Shown piece by piece: positions 19,849-29,891 of a stretch of DNA of 64,000 nt. A program made the position numbers and the translations under genes. The DNA comes from Nibricoccus sp. (GTDB lineage: Bacteria > Verrucomicrobiota > Verrucomicrobiia > Opitutales > Opitutaceae), in the NCBI GenBank assembly GCA_047602425.1, contig JASGHG010000001.1:4640001-4704000 (forward strand), read 5' to 3'. The first letter of the stretch is position 1; each line of letters opens with the position of its first letter. The notes under the pieces were generated by a model. That model searched no databases and was not told the origin of the DNA. It worked only from the letters and a program-made list of their open reading frames with translations.

Positions 19849-21018
19849 TCAGAGGGAAAAATTCAGACGGTGTGCGAGTTTTTGCGAGCGGATGCCATAG
19901 AAGCGGGCGAAATTGCGGAGCTTTTGCGCCGTAGTTTCGCTCCCGGCGGCGTGGTCCTTCACCGCGGCAATCATGAGATTTTTCGCGGTGTGTTCGGTCG
20001 AAATGAACTCGAATACTTTCGTGCGATATCCCGCCCATTCGAGCAACTGGGCGCGCAAGGCGTCGGTCACGAATTCTGCCTGGCGTTCCTGAAAGATCCC
20101 ATGCTTGAGCGCTTCGGCGAGGACAGAAGGAGCGGTGAGTTGGGGCCGAAGTTCCTTCTGGCAGCAGGGCGATACGACGATGAGCGAAGCCTCGGCGGCG
20201 ATGCCTTTGGCAATGGCGTCGTCTGTCGCGGTGTCGCAGGCATGAAGAGCGACGAGAACATCGGTCCCGCTGAGTTGGCTCTCTGCGATGGTTCCCACCA
20301 CGAAGTTGAGATTGGAAAATTTTTCTTCGCGAGCGGTGCGATTGCAGAAGTCGACCAACTCCGGGCGTACTTCAATGCCGAGAACTTCGGCGCGTTGGGC
20401 GAAGAAGGCAGCGGTGGCAAAAGTGAGATAACCTTTGCCGCAACCCATGTCGACGATGCGAAAGGGACGGTCCGCCGGCAGCGCGGCCTCGTTGGTGAGA
20501 TGGCTGAGGAGTTCGACGAATTTATTGATCTGACGAAATTTCGCCGCCATGCCCTCGCGCGGCTGGGCGTGTTGGTTAGTTATGCCCAGGGCGTACAACC
20601 AGGGGGCATCGACAGGAACCAAGTGTTGACGCTCCCGATCGTGAGACGCCGGTGGAACGGCGGGGGCGCTGGCAATGGTTTTGATCGAGAGGCGGGCTTT
20701 GCCGTCGGGAGCGATTTCAAGTTGTGCGGTCTGCGCAGGCGTAAAGAGGTGAGCGTCGAGAAAATCGATTCCGAGAAGATCGGTGATGAGAGCCACGGCG
20801 TCGGTGCAGGGTAGATTTTTGGTAATATCACGCGTGGCGTGGCGGTAGACAAAAGAGAGCTGCGGACCGGCCTTCAGTGTGACGGGACGAATGAAGATGT
20901 TCTTTAGCGAGGCGTCGGCACCGCGATTTTTCCCGAGGGTGAGCTTAACCAATGTCCCGTCTTTAACGGAGGACTGGAGAAGGGCGAGGAAGCGGTCGAT
21001 GGCGGTGGGTTGGGGCAT
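19849..21018 (-). CDS. SAM-dependent methyltransferase (Methyltransf_32-like)
   Basis: KFRQINKF, VDMGCGKGYLTF, LHACDTATD, PCC, HTAKN. Confidence 0.88.
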   Translation of the reverse strand: MPQPTAIDRFLALLQSSVKDGTLVKLTLGKNRGADASLKNIFIRPVTLKAGPQLSFVYRHATRDITKNLPCTDAVALITDLLGIDFLDAHLFTPAQTAQLEIAPDGKARLSIKTIASAPAVPPASHDRERQHLVPVDAPWLYALGITNQHAQPREGMAAKFRQINKFVELLSHLTNEAALPADRPFRIVDMGCGKGYLTFATAAFFAQRAEVLGIEVRPELVDFCNRTAREEKFSNLNFVVGTIAESQLSGTDVLVALHACDTATDDAIAKGIAAEASLIVVSPCCQKELRPQLTAPSVLAEALKHGIFQERQAEFVTDALRAQLLEWAGYRTKVFEFISTEHTAKNLMIAAVKDHAAGSETTAQKLRNFARFYGIRSQKLAHRLNFSL

Positions 21019-21076
21019 GTGAGGCGGATGAGAAGCCGAAGCCAGAGGCCGGCAACGAGTGCGGAAAGGAGTCCGT

Positions 21077-21775
21077 CTAGCGGAAAAAGTTATACTTCAC
21101 GATAGCATAGATGGCGCGGAAGCCGTCGCGCCAGCCGATCTTTTTTCCCTCGGCGTAGGTACGGCCTGAATACGAGACACCGACCTCGAAAATGCGATGA
21201 TTGCCGCGTGCGACTTTGGCGGTAATCTCAGGTTCGAAACCGAAACGATTTTCCTCGATTTCGATGCCCTGGATGATCTCGCGGCGGAACATCTTGTAGC
21301 AACATTCCATGTCCGTGAGATTGAGGTTGGTGGCCATATTCGAGGCGAGCGTAAGGAATTTGTTGCCCACGCTGTGCCAGAAATAGAGGACGCGGTGCGG
21401 CCGTCCGCCCATGAAACGCGAGCCGAAGACAACGTCGGCTTTACCGTTGGCGATGAATTCGATCAGCGCCGGAAATTCGTGTGGATCGTATTCGAGATCG
21501 GCGTCCTGCACAATGACGAGGTCGTAAGTCGCATGTTTGAAGCCGGTGCGTAGCGCGGCGCCTTTGCCCTGGTTTTTCTCATGATAGATAATTTTGCTGA
21601 CCAGCGGAGCGATCTCGTTTTTCAGAATGTCGCGCGTGCCATCGGTCGAGCAGTCATCGACAATGATAATTTCGAGCGGCGACACACCGCAGTCGCGCAC
21701 GGTATCGACGATACGGCGCACGGTATTGCGCTCGTTATAGCACGGGATGACGACGGAAAGGGAAGGGGAAGGCAT
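21077..21775 (-). CDS. Glycosyltransferase family 2 (DPM1-like)
   Basis: [34 protein letters not shown]. Confidence 0.93.
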   Translation of the reverse strand: MPSPSLSVVIPCYNERNTVRRIVDTVRDCGVSPLEIIIVDDCSTDGTRDILKNEIAPLVSKIIYHEKNQGKGAALRTGFKHATYDLVIVQDADLEYDPHEFPALIEFIANGKADVVFGSRFMGGRPHRVLYFWHSVGNKFLTLASNMATNLNLTDMECCYKMFRREIIQGIEIEENRFGFEPEITAKVARGNHRIFEVGVSYSGRTYAEGKKIGWRDGFRAIYAIVKYNFFR

Positions 21776-21965
21776 ACGGGCCAGAATGAAGTCCGACTAT
21801 GCGTGAATCTGTCTTTCAAAGGCAAGGCTTAGCAACTTCCGCGCGGCTCATATTCCAGACGCAGGAACGGCGCCCATGCTAGTGATTACGAGTAGTTCGG
21901 CGCCGCGTCTTGAATCACCTTCGATGAGGCGGGACCACTGCGTCCGGTTTGGCTTTGCCACAGAA

Positions 21966-21991
21966 AGGGCGCAGCAAGACTGCGCCCCTAC
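21966..21991 (-). repeat. Single GTAG-type REP
   Basis: Minus strand gtaggggcgcagtcttgctgcgccct hairpin. Confidence 0.6.
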
Positions 21992-22224
21992 GAAGACGGC
22001 TCGGTTCATAGTACCGATTTACGGCTATAGTTTTATTGTATGTGCTCTAAACCACAGCGCAGTGCGCGCCGCCGAACAGGCTCGAAACACAGCTTCGTTT
22101 CCATGCAATTGTCTCACGCATGCATTAACTTACAATTGTTGCAAATCTGTTACTTTAAAAGCTTCGCTGGATTTTTGGGAGGTGCGTACGGTGGAGGAAT
22201 CGAAGGCTTCAAATTCCAGCACCC

Positions 22225-22521
22225 ATGAACACCTCTTTCGCCTGCAAAACATCTTTAATCCTTACTTCGCTTTTCAATCCGGGAAAAATTGAGCGGGATA
22301 AACACCTCCTGCGTCAACTCGCCGTTGAGCTTGAGGTCGTTCAGAACCGGCTCGGCACGTCCAATGAACGGGCCGACGATTGCGAACTAGCGCGTGGCCT
22401 CGGACATGAGATTCGCAACAAATTGCTGATCGTGAGCCTGTGGGAATCCCTTGGTTTCACCGAAATGCCTCCGGAAATCCGCCGCCAAATCGCGCCCATT
22501 GCCCGCGCCGAGGTAAATTGA
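22225..22521 (+). CDS. Hypothetical 98-aa protein with H-box-like motif
   Basis: ORF containing LGHEIRNKL; no kinase catalytic domain. Confidence 0.5.
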   Translation: MNTSFACKTSLILTSLFNPGKIERDKHLLRQLAVELEVVQNRLGTSNERADDCELARGLGHEIRNKLLIVSLWESLGFTEMPPEIRRQIAPIARAEVN

Positions 22522-22593
22522 ACCTCCTGGCGCCTGCCAACCGCCTCAAGGATCAGGGATCCGCCCCATGGTGAAAAATCATCCGCAGACTAG

Positions 22594-23904
22594 CAGGCTG
22601 CTGAAAAACTCCGTGAAACAAACATTAGCGATAGGCGTCAGTTAATGGCATGAGAGGAAAACGTAAGACCCAGGGGGATTTCGTGAGTTTGATCGATGTG
22701 GAGCAGCTGATTGCGGGGGACCATCCGATCCGTGCGATCAAGGGCATGTGCGACGAAGTGCTGGCGGCGATGAGCGGGCACTTTGACGAGATCTATGCCG
22801 AAGGAGGAGCGCCCTCGGTGCCGCCGGAGATGCTGCTCAAAGGCAAAGTGCTGCAAGCGCTCTACACCGTACGCTCGGACCGCCAACTGTGCGCCAGGCT
22901 CCAGACCGACCTGTTGTTCCGCTGGTTTGTGGATCTGCCGCTGGACGAAACGGTCTTCGACGCCTCGGTCTACAGCAAAAACCAGGAACGGCTCCTGCAA
23001 CACGAAGTGGCCGATCTGTTCTTTAGCGAAGTGGTGGCCCTGGCCCGCCGGCACGGCTGGGTCAGCGACGATCACTTCAGTGTGGACGGCACGCTAATCG
23101 AATCGTGGGCCTCGCTCAAAAGTTTCAAACGCAAAGACCAGCCCCCAGGCCCCGGCGGCGGGAACAACTGGACCGATTACAAAGGCGAAAAACGCTCCAA
23201 CGACACGCACGCTTCCACTACCGACCCCGAGGCGAAACTGGTGCGCAAAGGCCCTGGAAAAGAAGCGCGCCTAAGCTTCGCCGGCCACGCCACAATGGAG
23301 AACCGCCACGGCCTGTGCGTACTGTTCGAAGTGCATCCGGCCGTCGGCGCCTCCGAATCGAGTGTGGCCGTCGAGCAAATGATCGAACTGCAAAACCGAG
23401 GCTTTGCACCAAAAACGGTGGGAGCCGACAAAGGCTACCACGACCAGAACTTCATCGAAGGCCTGCGTGCTCAAAAGATAAAGCCGCACCCCGCGCTGCG
23501 CAAAGACCGCGACGCTCAGGGCGTGATCTGCAAACTCGCTTACGCCCTCAGTCAGAAATGCCGCAAACGCATCGAGGAAATCTTCGGCTGGGCCAAAACC
23601 ACTGGCTGCTTCCGGAAAAGCCGGTACCGCGGCGTCGACCGAACCCACGCCCAAGGCCAATACGTGGTGGCCGCCTGCAACCTCGTGCGCATGGCCAAAC
23701 TGATGCTCACCGCGCCGCCAAAACTCGCTGGGGCGTGACGCCCCCCGCGGCCGCAGTGTGCCCGTACACTGCGAACCAGCCGCCAAACGCAAGCGGGCCG
23801 CGCCCAAAACGGCGCGAAAAACCCAGTGCACCGCCTGCGTTTATATCAAAAACGCTCAAAATCAGCCTTCCTCCTCTCAAAACACCCCGTTCTTCAGCAG
23901 CCTG
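22594..23904 (+). mobile_element. Complete IS5-family insertion sequence (1311 bp)
   Basis: TIRs CAGGCTGCTGAAAAAC / GTTCTTCAGCAGCCTG; CTAG duplicated at 22590-22593 and 23905-23908. Confidence 0.95.
22650..23738 (+). CDS. IS5-family DDE transposase
   Basis: PSVPPEMLL..LLFRWF, SVDGTLI, GADKGY, RKRIEEIFGWAK. Confidence 0.95.
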   Translation: MRGKRKTQGDFVSLIDVEQLIAGDHPIRAIKGMCDEVLAAMSGHFDEIYAEGGAPSVPPEMLLKGKVLQALYTVRSDRQLCARLQTDLLFRWFVDLPLDETVFDASVYSKNQERLLQHEVADLFFSEVVALARRHGWVSDDHFSVDGTLIESWASLKSFKRKDQPPGPGGGNNWTDYKGEKRSNDTHASTTDPEAKLVRKGPGKEARLSFAGHATMENRHGLCVLFEVHPAVGASESSVAVEQMIELQNRGFAPKTVGADKGYHDQNFIEGLRAQKIKPHPALRKDRDAQGVICKLAYALSQKCRKRIEEIFGWAKTTGCFRKSRYRGVDRTHAQGQYVVAACNLVRMAKLMLTAPPKLAGA

Positions 23905-23916
23905 CTAGATTGCCGC

Positions 23917-24141
23917 ATGAAAACCACCAACGAGACTTCTTCCGATCCCCAAGTTCACTGTGAAAACATAGATCGTCAGCTGACGGAGCTATTCGACCAC
24001 TTACGCAAAGACATCGAGCGGGTCGACGAACCACAATTCAGGGCGTTGTGCGAAACCAGCGCGGAAGTCATCGGAGCACTTCGCACGAGCTTCCAACATT
24101 ACCGCCAACATTCCGAACCAGCGTGGCAGGCGCGCTCCTAA
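23917..24141 (+). CDS. Small helical hypothetical protein (74 aa)
   Basis: MKTTNETSSDPQVH..HLRKDIERVDEPQFRALCETSAEV; resembles a recurring small bacterial protein family (recall, unverified). Confidence 0.7.
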   Translation: MKTTNETSSDPQVHCENIDRQLTELFDHLRKDIERVDEPQFRALCETSAEVIGALRTSFQHYRQHSEPAWQARS

Positions 24142-24324
24142 TTGAGCTTCATGCGCGTTGTTTCCCTCAGGCTCTTGGATCGATTCGAGTAAATTGCCGC
24201 GTCCTCATCGAAAAACCGTCGGCTGAGGCAGAGCCCCGAGGAGGAAAATCCCATTTTGCCCCATCGCAATTTGGTGGAAACGGTCGCTAACCGGATAATT
24301 TTGTCCCTAGGCACACAAAATTTG

Positions 24325-24353
24325 TGAAACCTGCTTCGCATGGGTTGCGTCTA
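24325..24353 (+). promoter_or_regulatory. Candidate ECF sigma promoter
   Basis: TGAAAC-N17-CGTCTA about 50 nt upstream of the receiver gene. Confidence 0.4.
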
Positions 24354-24402
24354 GTGCCAGTCTCGTTTCGTTGTTTCGAACCGGGAGGAAATTCCAGCAA
24401 CA

Positions 24403-24846
24403 ATGATTTACCGAATTCTATTGGTTGAAGATGACGAGAGTGTCGCACCGCTGATGCTCGAAGTTTTGGTTAGGTGGGGCTACGAGGCCACCGTCGCGGA
24501 CGGGCTGTCTGCGGTGAAACGGCTCACGCATTTCGATTTTTCCGCCGTAATCACCGACTTTCACCTCGTGGACGGCGACGCGTGTGACGTGGTCGAGTTC
24601 ATGCGTAGCAAAATACCCGGCCTTCCCGCCATCGTCATCTCGGGGAACGGCAAACAGGCCGCCGACGATTGCGAGAATCGGCGGATCTCGGAAATTATCT
24701 TTGTGAACAAACCATTTCGTCCGCAACAACTGCTCGACGCGGTTGATGCCGCGCTGAAAAAGAAATCGGAGCCGTCGACGCCTTCGCCTGCCTCCAATAC
24801 CGATTCAGCCAATTCCTTTCCGTCAAAGATTCATCAGGGCAAATAA
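24403..24846 (+). CDS. Single-domain response regulator
   Basis: ILLVEDD, VITDFHL (phospho-Asp), VISG, KPF. Confidence 0.88.
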   Translation: MIYRILLVEDDESVAPLMLEVLVRWGYEATVADGLSAVKRLTHFDFSAVITDFHLVDGDACDVVEFMRSKIPGLPAIVISGNGKQAADDCENRRISEIIFVNKPFRPQQLLDAVDAALKKKSEPSTPSPASNTDSANSFPSKIHQGK

Positions 24847-24854
24847 TACGGCGC

Positions 24855-25331
24855 TCATTGTTCCGGATATTTTGCGAACTGAGGCAGTGCGGGATTGATC
24901 AAGTCCCACGGTTGCGCATCGGACAGCCAAAATTCGACCGCCGGCTGGAAGCCACTTGGATCGTCAAGACTGCCGGCGGTGACGCCGATACCAGGCGCGC
25001 CCGGCCCTTCGCCACCGGTGATGCGCGAGCCGCACTCGGGACAAAAGCCGCGCTGGTGACTGTGCGGCCCCATCATCTCGCTATCGGTTTTGTAGTATTT
25101 CAATTTTCCCTGCGTGAGTCTGAAAGTCGACGCTGGGACATACACGACCGGGGCGTGGCCGCCGCCGGTGACATGCTGACAATCGCGACAATGGCATTTG
25201 AACATTTCGATATCGGCAGGCGCCGCGGTGCATTCATAGCGAATCGCTCCGCAAACGCATCCGCCGGTGAAGGGAGTTTTGATCACAGGAAATGAAGGAG
25301 GAGTTGTGAACGCAGCATTTTGCGGCGTCAT
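24855..25331 (-). CDS. GFA (glutathione-dependent formaldehyde-activating) family protein
   Basis: GGCVCGAIRY, CHCRDCQ, FCPECGS. Confidence 0.9.
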   Translation of the reverse strand: MTPQNAAFTTPPSFPVIKTPFTGGCVCGAIRYECTAAPADIEMFKCHCRDCQHVTGGGHAPVVYVPASTFRLTQGKLKYYKTDSEMMGPHSHQRGFCPECGSRITGGEGPGAPGIGVTAGSLDDPSGFQPAVEFWLSDAQPWDLINPALPQFAKYPEQ

Positions 25332-25611
25332 CCAACTTACTCTACGAATAACATGGCCGTCACCGGACAATAAAACGAAGACAGCCGCGTGCGATTTACA
25401 GGAGGGAACCGAGTGAACAGAGATTGGAGAGTAGAAATGGGAACCAATGATTGAAAAAAAGCACAGCTTGCGACTGTGCCCTTGAAAAATCATTGAAGGC
25501 GGAGAACGCATACTCCGTCAGCAAGGCGCAAAACCAACTTCAACCGACTACAGGATGCAAAGATCGAGCTCTTACCCATGCACCGTGAAAATATAAACGT
25601 GCGGCCCCGGT

Positions 25612-26127
25612 TTAAGTCTTGGGTTGACGCAATGGGTGATTATCCGGGAGATGCTTGGCGAGGAGTGCTTGGAATTCGGCTTCGCCTTTTTGGCGGGTGA
25701 CACGTTTTTGATAGTTGGCGCGTGTTTGATCGTTGAGGTGTCGCGGACCAGCGATGTCGGAATTTTGCAGTGAATCAGCCCACGCGCGAAGTTGACGCGA
25801 GCAGGACTCGGCGAGGGAAATGAGATTTGAAATCTCTGATTTGAAATTTGAGATCCAATCCCGGCGTTTAAGCAAGGTGAGCATCGAGCGAACTTCGCCG
25901 GCCGAACCGCGTGCGATGTAGATGAATGCGAGCAGTTCGTTGGTGGTGCCGCGCTCGAAGCCTTCGGCGACATTGTTTGAAACCGATAGGGTTGCACGTT
26001 CGAGCTGGTCACGGAAGGAACGCGAAAGCTGGGGCGGAGCGACTGTGAAGAAATCGTCTACACGATCATACAGATCAGCCGCTGATTGCCAGACAGGAAG
26101 CTCCTCGAAACGTTGATAGGTCGCCAT
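25612..26127 (-). CDS. Four-helix-bundle protein (23S rRNA IVP / Avd-like fold)
   Basis: FEELPVWQ, DQLERATLSVSNNVAEGFER, IARGSAGEVRSML. Confidence 0.9.
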   Translation of the reverse strand: MATYQRFEELPVWQSAADLYDRVDDFFTVAPPQLSRSFRDQLERATLSVSNNVAEGFERGTTNELLAFIYIARGSAGEVRSMLTLLKRRDWISNFKSEISNLISLAESCSRQLRAWADSLQNSDIAGPRHLNDQTRANYQKRVTRQKGEAEFQALLAKHLPDNHPLRQPKT

Positions 26128-26644
26128 GCGTTGCGTTTTAGGGAGAAGCAGCGGTTTGGCAATCCTTCAGTCCTTCGCGGGCCGAGAATGAGACTGCTGA
26201 AGCGGAGGTTTATTCTCCGATGAAAAAAGGGGTGGTTCGGTATTGGATAGCCTCAAGAGTCAATGTGCTTCGGATTGAACCAGCCAGCACGAATTCATAA
26301 ATTAGGTTTACTGAGTCGAACCGCCAGACTTTTTGATTCCGAATAAAAGTAGTATCAACGCCACTGTTATGGGCCACACGAGGAGCCATGAAACGAAATT
26401 GATGATACCTTGGACAATTGATACCCAAAGCTGGGAGAAGCCCCAATAGGTACTTTCCGATGAACAGGTCGAACAAGCTATCAAGTATTGGTATGAAGGC
26501 GGATATCAGTAGCCAATCGCCTCAAAAATAGCGATGCATGCGGTCGGCGACTAATCACTCCATTTGCCGAAATTCCACGAATGGCTACTTATACGATGTT
26601 ATCTGTATCGATCAGCCTTCATCCGTGCTTAAATTTCATCCGCC

Positions 26645-27616
26645 ATGCCCAAAAGTACTTTGAAAAGAATGCCGCCGAAGAAACGTCCGAGGAAGGCGAA
26701 GGCTAGTACGCGGGGGGCGGAGGCGAAGGAGGCGGTGTTGGCGGAGTTGACTGGTTTGGCGGCGGAGACCAAGGCGGCGATTGAGCGCGTGGGCGGTGTG
26801 GTGGTTGGGCAATATGCCGAACCGATTGGCAGGCATCCGTTGTTGCTCGCGGTGTTGCCGATCGAGGCGTTGGCGCCGACTCCTTTTCAGCGCGATGTGT
26901 CGGATATGCATCACAAGCGGTTGGCGGATGTCATCGATCGCACAGGGATGTATCTCGATCCGATTATAGCCATCACAGCTCCTGAGATGGGCTTCTGGAC
27001 TCCCAACGGCGGACACCGTCTCGCGGCGATGCAGCGATTGGGTGCGAAGTCGATCACCGCGTTGGTGGTGCCGAAGCGCGAAGTGGCCTGGCAGATTCTC
27101 GCGCTCAATACGGAGAAGGCGCACAACTTGAAGGACAAGTCGCTCGAGGTGATTCGGATTTTTCGCAATCTGCTCGAAGACAACGCGAGCAAGGCCGAGA
27201 AGGAATTCGCGTACTATTTCGAGGAGGCGGCGTTGATCACGATGGGCCTATGCTACGAGAAGAACGCGCGTTTCAGTGGAGGTGTTTATAATTCGTTCGT
27301 GAGGCGTCTGACGGCCTTCAGCGAAGAATCGCTGACGAAGGCATTGAAAGTGCACGAGCGTCACGCGGAGCTGTTGCTGGAACTCGACGTGAAGGTGGCC
27401 GAGGTGGTGGCGAAGCTGAAGGCGAAGGGCTTTGTCAGTCCGTACCTGAAGACTTTCGTGGTGGCGCGTTCGAATCCGCTGCGCTTCATGAAGGAGCCGC
27501 CGGAGCTGGAAGACTTGATCGCCACGATTCGCGGGAAGGTCGAACGATTCAATGTCGACAAAATCAAAGCGGAGGACATCAGCGCCAGCGGTGGTGGTGG
27601 TGCGGATGAAGAGTAG
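26645..27616 (+). CDS. Stand-alone ParB N-terminal domain protein
   Basis: PTPFQRD, DPII, PNGGHRLAA, LNTEK. Confidence 0.8.
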   Translation: MPKSTLKRMPPKKRPRKAKASTRGAEAKEAVLAELTGLAAETKAAIERVGGVVVGQYAEPIGRHPLLLAVLPIEALAPTPFQRDVSDMHHKRLADVIDRTGMYLDPIIAITAPEMGFWTPNGGHRLAAMQRLGAKSITALVVPKREVAWQILALNTEKAHNLKDKSLEVIRIFRNLLEDNASKAEKEFAYYFEEAALITMGLCYEKNARFSGGVYNSFVRRLTAFSEESLTKALKVHERHAELLLELDVKVAEVVAKLKAKGFVSPYLKTFVVARSNPLRFMKEPPELEDLIATIRGKVERFNVDKIKAEDISASGGGGADEE

Positions 27617-27748
27617 GAGCGGAGCTTGGAGTCGGAGTAGGCCACAGAGGGCACGGAGCTCGGACACAGAGGTCACTGAGGGACGACGGAGGATAAATGG
27701 AGGAAGCTTTTCAACCACTGGTGCGCGACGCCGATAACGTCGAAAGAA

Positions 27749-29710
27749 TCAGCGGCGTTTGATGACGGGCGTTGGAGCGGCTTTGGACTTGGGCGATGGT
27801 TTGGCAGTCGACGCCGTTTCGCGGGGTGGATTGTGGTCGGTTGGTTTTTCGGGCTGGAGCGCCTCTGGGGTGGCCTCCTCGGACATGACCATGGATTTGA
27901 GATTGGTGACGGAATTGAAGATGTGTCCCACCTGGTTGCGCATTTCGTTGGAGGCGCCAGCGTTTTCTTCGGCGGCGGCGGAAGTGCGCTGGGTGATGTC
28001 GTCGACCTTGCGGATCGCGTCGTTGATTTGAGTGATGCTGTGCGCAGTTTGCTGCGAGGCGGCTTCCACCTCCTGCACGATTTTGTGGTAGTCGGCGGTG
28101 ATGGTGGAAATCTGGTTGAAACGTTTTTCGGCGCGCTGGCCGAGATCGGCGCCGTGAGTGCTGTTTTTGACGGCGGACTCAATCTTCGTGGCGGTTTCCC
28201 GGGCAGCTTGCGCGGAACGGGCGGCCAGGCTGCGGACTTCCTCGGCGACCACGGCGAAGCCAGCTCCGGCCTCACCGGCGCGGGCGGCTTCGATGGCGGC
28301 GTTTAGGGCGAGGATGTTGGTTTGAAAAGCGATCTCGTCGATGGTTTTGAGAATGGAGGCGACGTCGGCGGTGGACTGCTGGATGTCGACGAGAGCGGTG
28401 CTGAGTTCGGCGACGTTCTTTGTCCCGTGTTCCGTGGACTGCGAAGCCTCCGCGGCCATGGCGGCCATTTTCTTCATGTGGGAAAGGGTTGCCTCGTTCG
28501 TGGCAGCAAGCTCGTTCATGGAAGCGGCGATTTCTTCCAGGGCGGCGGCTTGTTCGCAGGCATCGGTGCTCAGGTGCTCGCTGGTGCCCATGATGGCATC
28601 TGCCGAATGGTTCGCGCTGGCGGCGGTTTCATCGAGTTCCTTGCTCACGTGGAGCAGAGGGCGCGTGATGCTGCGGGAAATGCGCAGCATGAGATAGGTA
28701 ATGCCGGCGATGAGGAGCAGGCTGGCGCCGCCGAGCACAAAAAGATTTCGACGCGCGACGGCGAGATGGCCGATGGCATAGTCCTCGACCTCGCGTGTGC
28801 CGAGGGAGGTCAGGGTGCGGAAAAGCGGTTCGATGCGGGCGCTTGGGCCAGACATGTAGTCACTGTGCGTGCCGAGTTCGCTGAAGTCGGGTGCTTGCGA
28901 ACCGAGTTCGACTGCGCGACGGGCTTTGGAGATAATGGCTTGGTAGTCGTTGTCTGCCTGGATCTCCTTCAATTTGTCGAGGACGGCGGTTGAAGCGAAA
29001 CCGGTGAGCCGCATCAATTGTTCCTCGATGTTGCTGAGCTTGAGCTTGATCTCGGCATAGGCATTCAGCGGCATCTTGTTGTTTCGAAGTACGGTCGCCA
29101 CGAGTCCCTTGAGTTTCCAGAGATCTTTTTGAAGCCGGGCGATGTTGTCCTGGGTGACGATGCGCCGAACCAATTCGCCGTCGTTCGTTTCGTTGCAGAC
29201 GATGGGCAAAATGCTCGCATGGGTGATAAGGGCGAGATCGTAGGTTCTTAGCGTTTTGGTTTTAAGCGGCGATTCGTCGCGGACGACCACTTGGGGCCGG
29301 GAGGGATCGAGGAGTTCGGCACGGAGACCTTCAAGGTCCGCCTCGGCAGCGATGCTGGCTTTGAGGCCGGCTTTAAGGCGATCGGAAAACGCGTCGTTGT
29401 GTGCTTCAACAAAGGATTTCAGTTCGGCGAGACTGGCATGTGTGGCGTCGACGCTGGATTTGAAGGCGATCAACTGCTGTTGGGGTGTGCCGTCGCCGAG
29501 AAACGTGGAGGCACCGTAGCCGGCTTTCCGTTCCGCGGTGAGGTTGATCGAAAGCGTGGCGGCGAGATTCGAAACCAGGGTGGTTTCCCGGAAGGAGGCG
29601 AGGTGGGCAAAATCTCGAAAAACCAAAAGATAAAACAAACCGACAAAAAGCGCGATCAATGCGACAGATACAACGCTTAGGGCGATCAGCTTGGATTGGA
29701 TTTTACGCAT
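27749..29710 (-). CDS. Methyl-accepting chemotaxis protein
   Basis: Two TM segments; [37 protein letters not shown]. Confidence 0.95.
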   Translation of the reverse strand: MRKIQSKLIALSVVSVALIALFVGLFYLLVFRDFAHLASFRETTLVSNLAATLSINLTAERKAGYGASTFLGDGTPQQQLIAFKSSVDATHASLAELKSFVEAHNDAFSDRLKAGLKASIAAEADLEGLRAELLDPSRPQVVVRDESPLKTKTLRTYDLALITHASILPIVCNETNDGELVRRIVTQDNIARLQKDLWKLKGLVATVLRNNKMPLNAYAEIKLKLSNIEEQLMRLTGFASTAVLDKLKEIQADNDYQAIISKARRAVELGSQAPDFSELGTHSDYMSGPSARIEPLFRTLTSLGTREVEDYAIGHLAVARRNLFVLGGASLLLIAGITYLMLRISRSITRPLLHVSKELDETAASANHSADAIMGTSEHLSTDACEQAAALEEIAASMNELAATNEATLSHMKKMAAMAAEASQSTEHGTKNVAELSTALVDIQQSTADVASILKTIDEIAFQTNILALNAAIEAARAGEAGAGFAVVAEEVRSLAARSAQAARETATKIESAVKNSTHGADLGQRAEKRFNQISTITADYHKIVQEVEAASQQTAHSITQINDAIRKVDDITQRTSAAAEENAGASNEMRNQVGHIFNSVTNLKSMVMSEEATPEALQPEKPTDHNPPRETASTAKPSPKSKAAPTPVIKRR

Positions 29711-29804
29711 GGGGCGGAGATCCAGCGGACGCCAAACGGGGACTGGGGTGTTTACCTGGGTGCCAGAGATGCGGCGCTGGAAAATCCGATATGCTGGCAG
29801 CCCA

Positions 29805-29831
29805 TCATCGGCTTTTGGGTCTGTTCCTTTA
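29805..29831 (-). promoter_or_regulatory. Sigma-28 (FliA) promoter of the chemoreceptor
   Basis: Minus strand TAAA-N15-GCCGATGA versus consensus TAAA-N15-GCCGATAA. Confidence 0.8.
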
Positions 29832-29891
29832 GATTGGTTGGCCGGCTAGTAGTTAGCTTTTGTCGATGTTAAGCGGGACTACTGGGACGGC

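Noticed and set aside
21850..21880. Possible RAYT N-terminal remnant (RRS-RL-Y-like) next to the REP
   Set aside because: Requires a frameshift and is only a few codons long; not supportable
25612..26127. Diversity-generating retroelement or 23S rRNA intervening sequence
   Set aside because: No reverse transcriptase, TR/VR pair or rRNA sequence is visible in the window
29711..29804. c-di-GMP riboswitch in the chemoreceptor leader
   Set aside because: No GEMM-type GGCAAA../GCAAAGC motif recognised; the sigma-28 promoter explains the region
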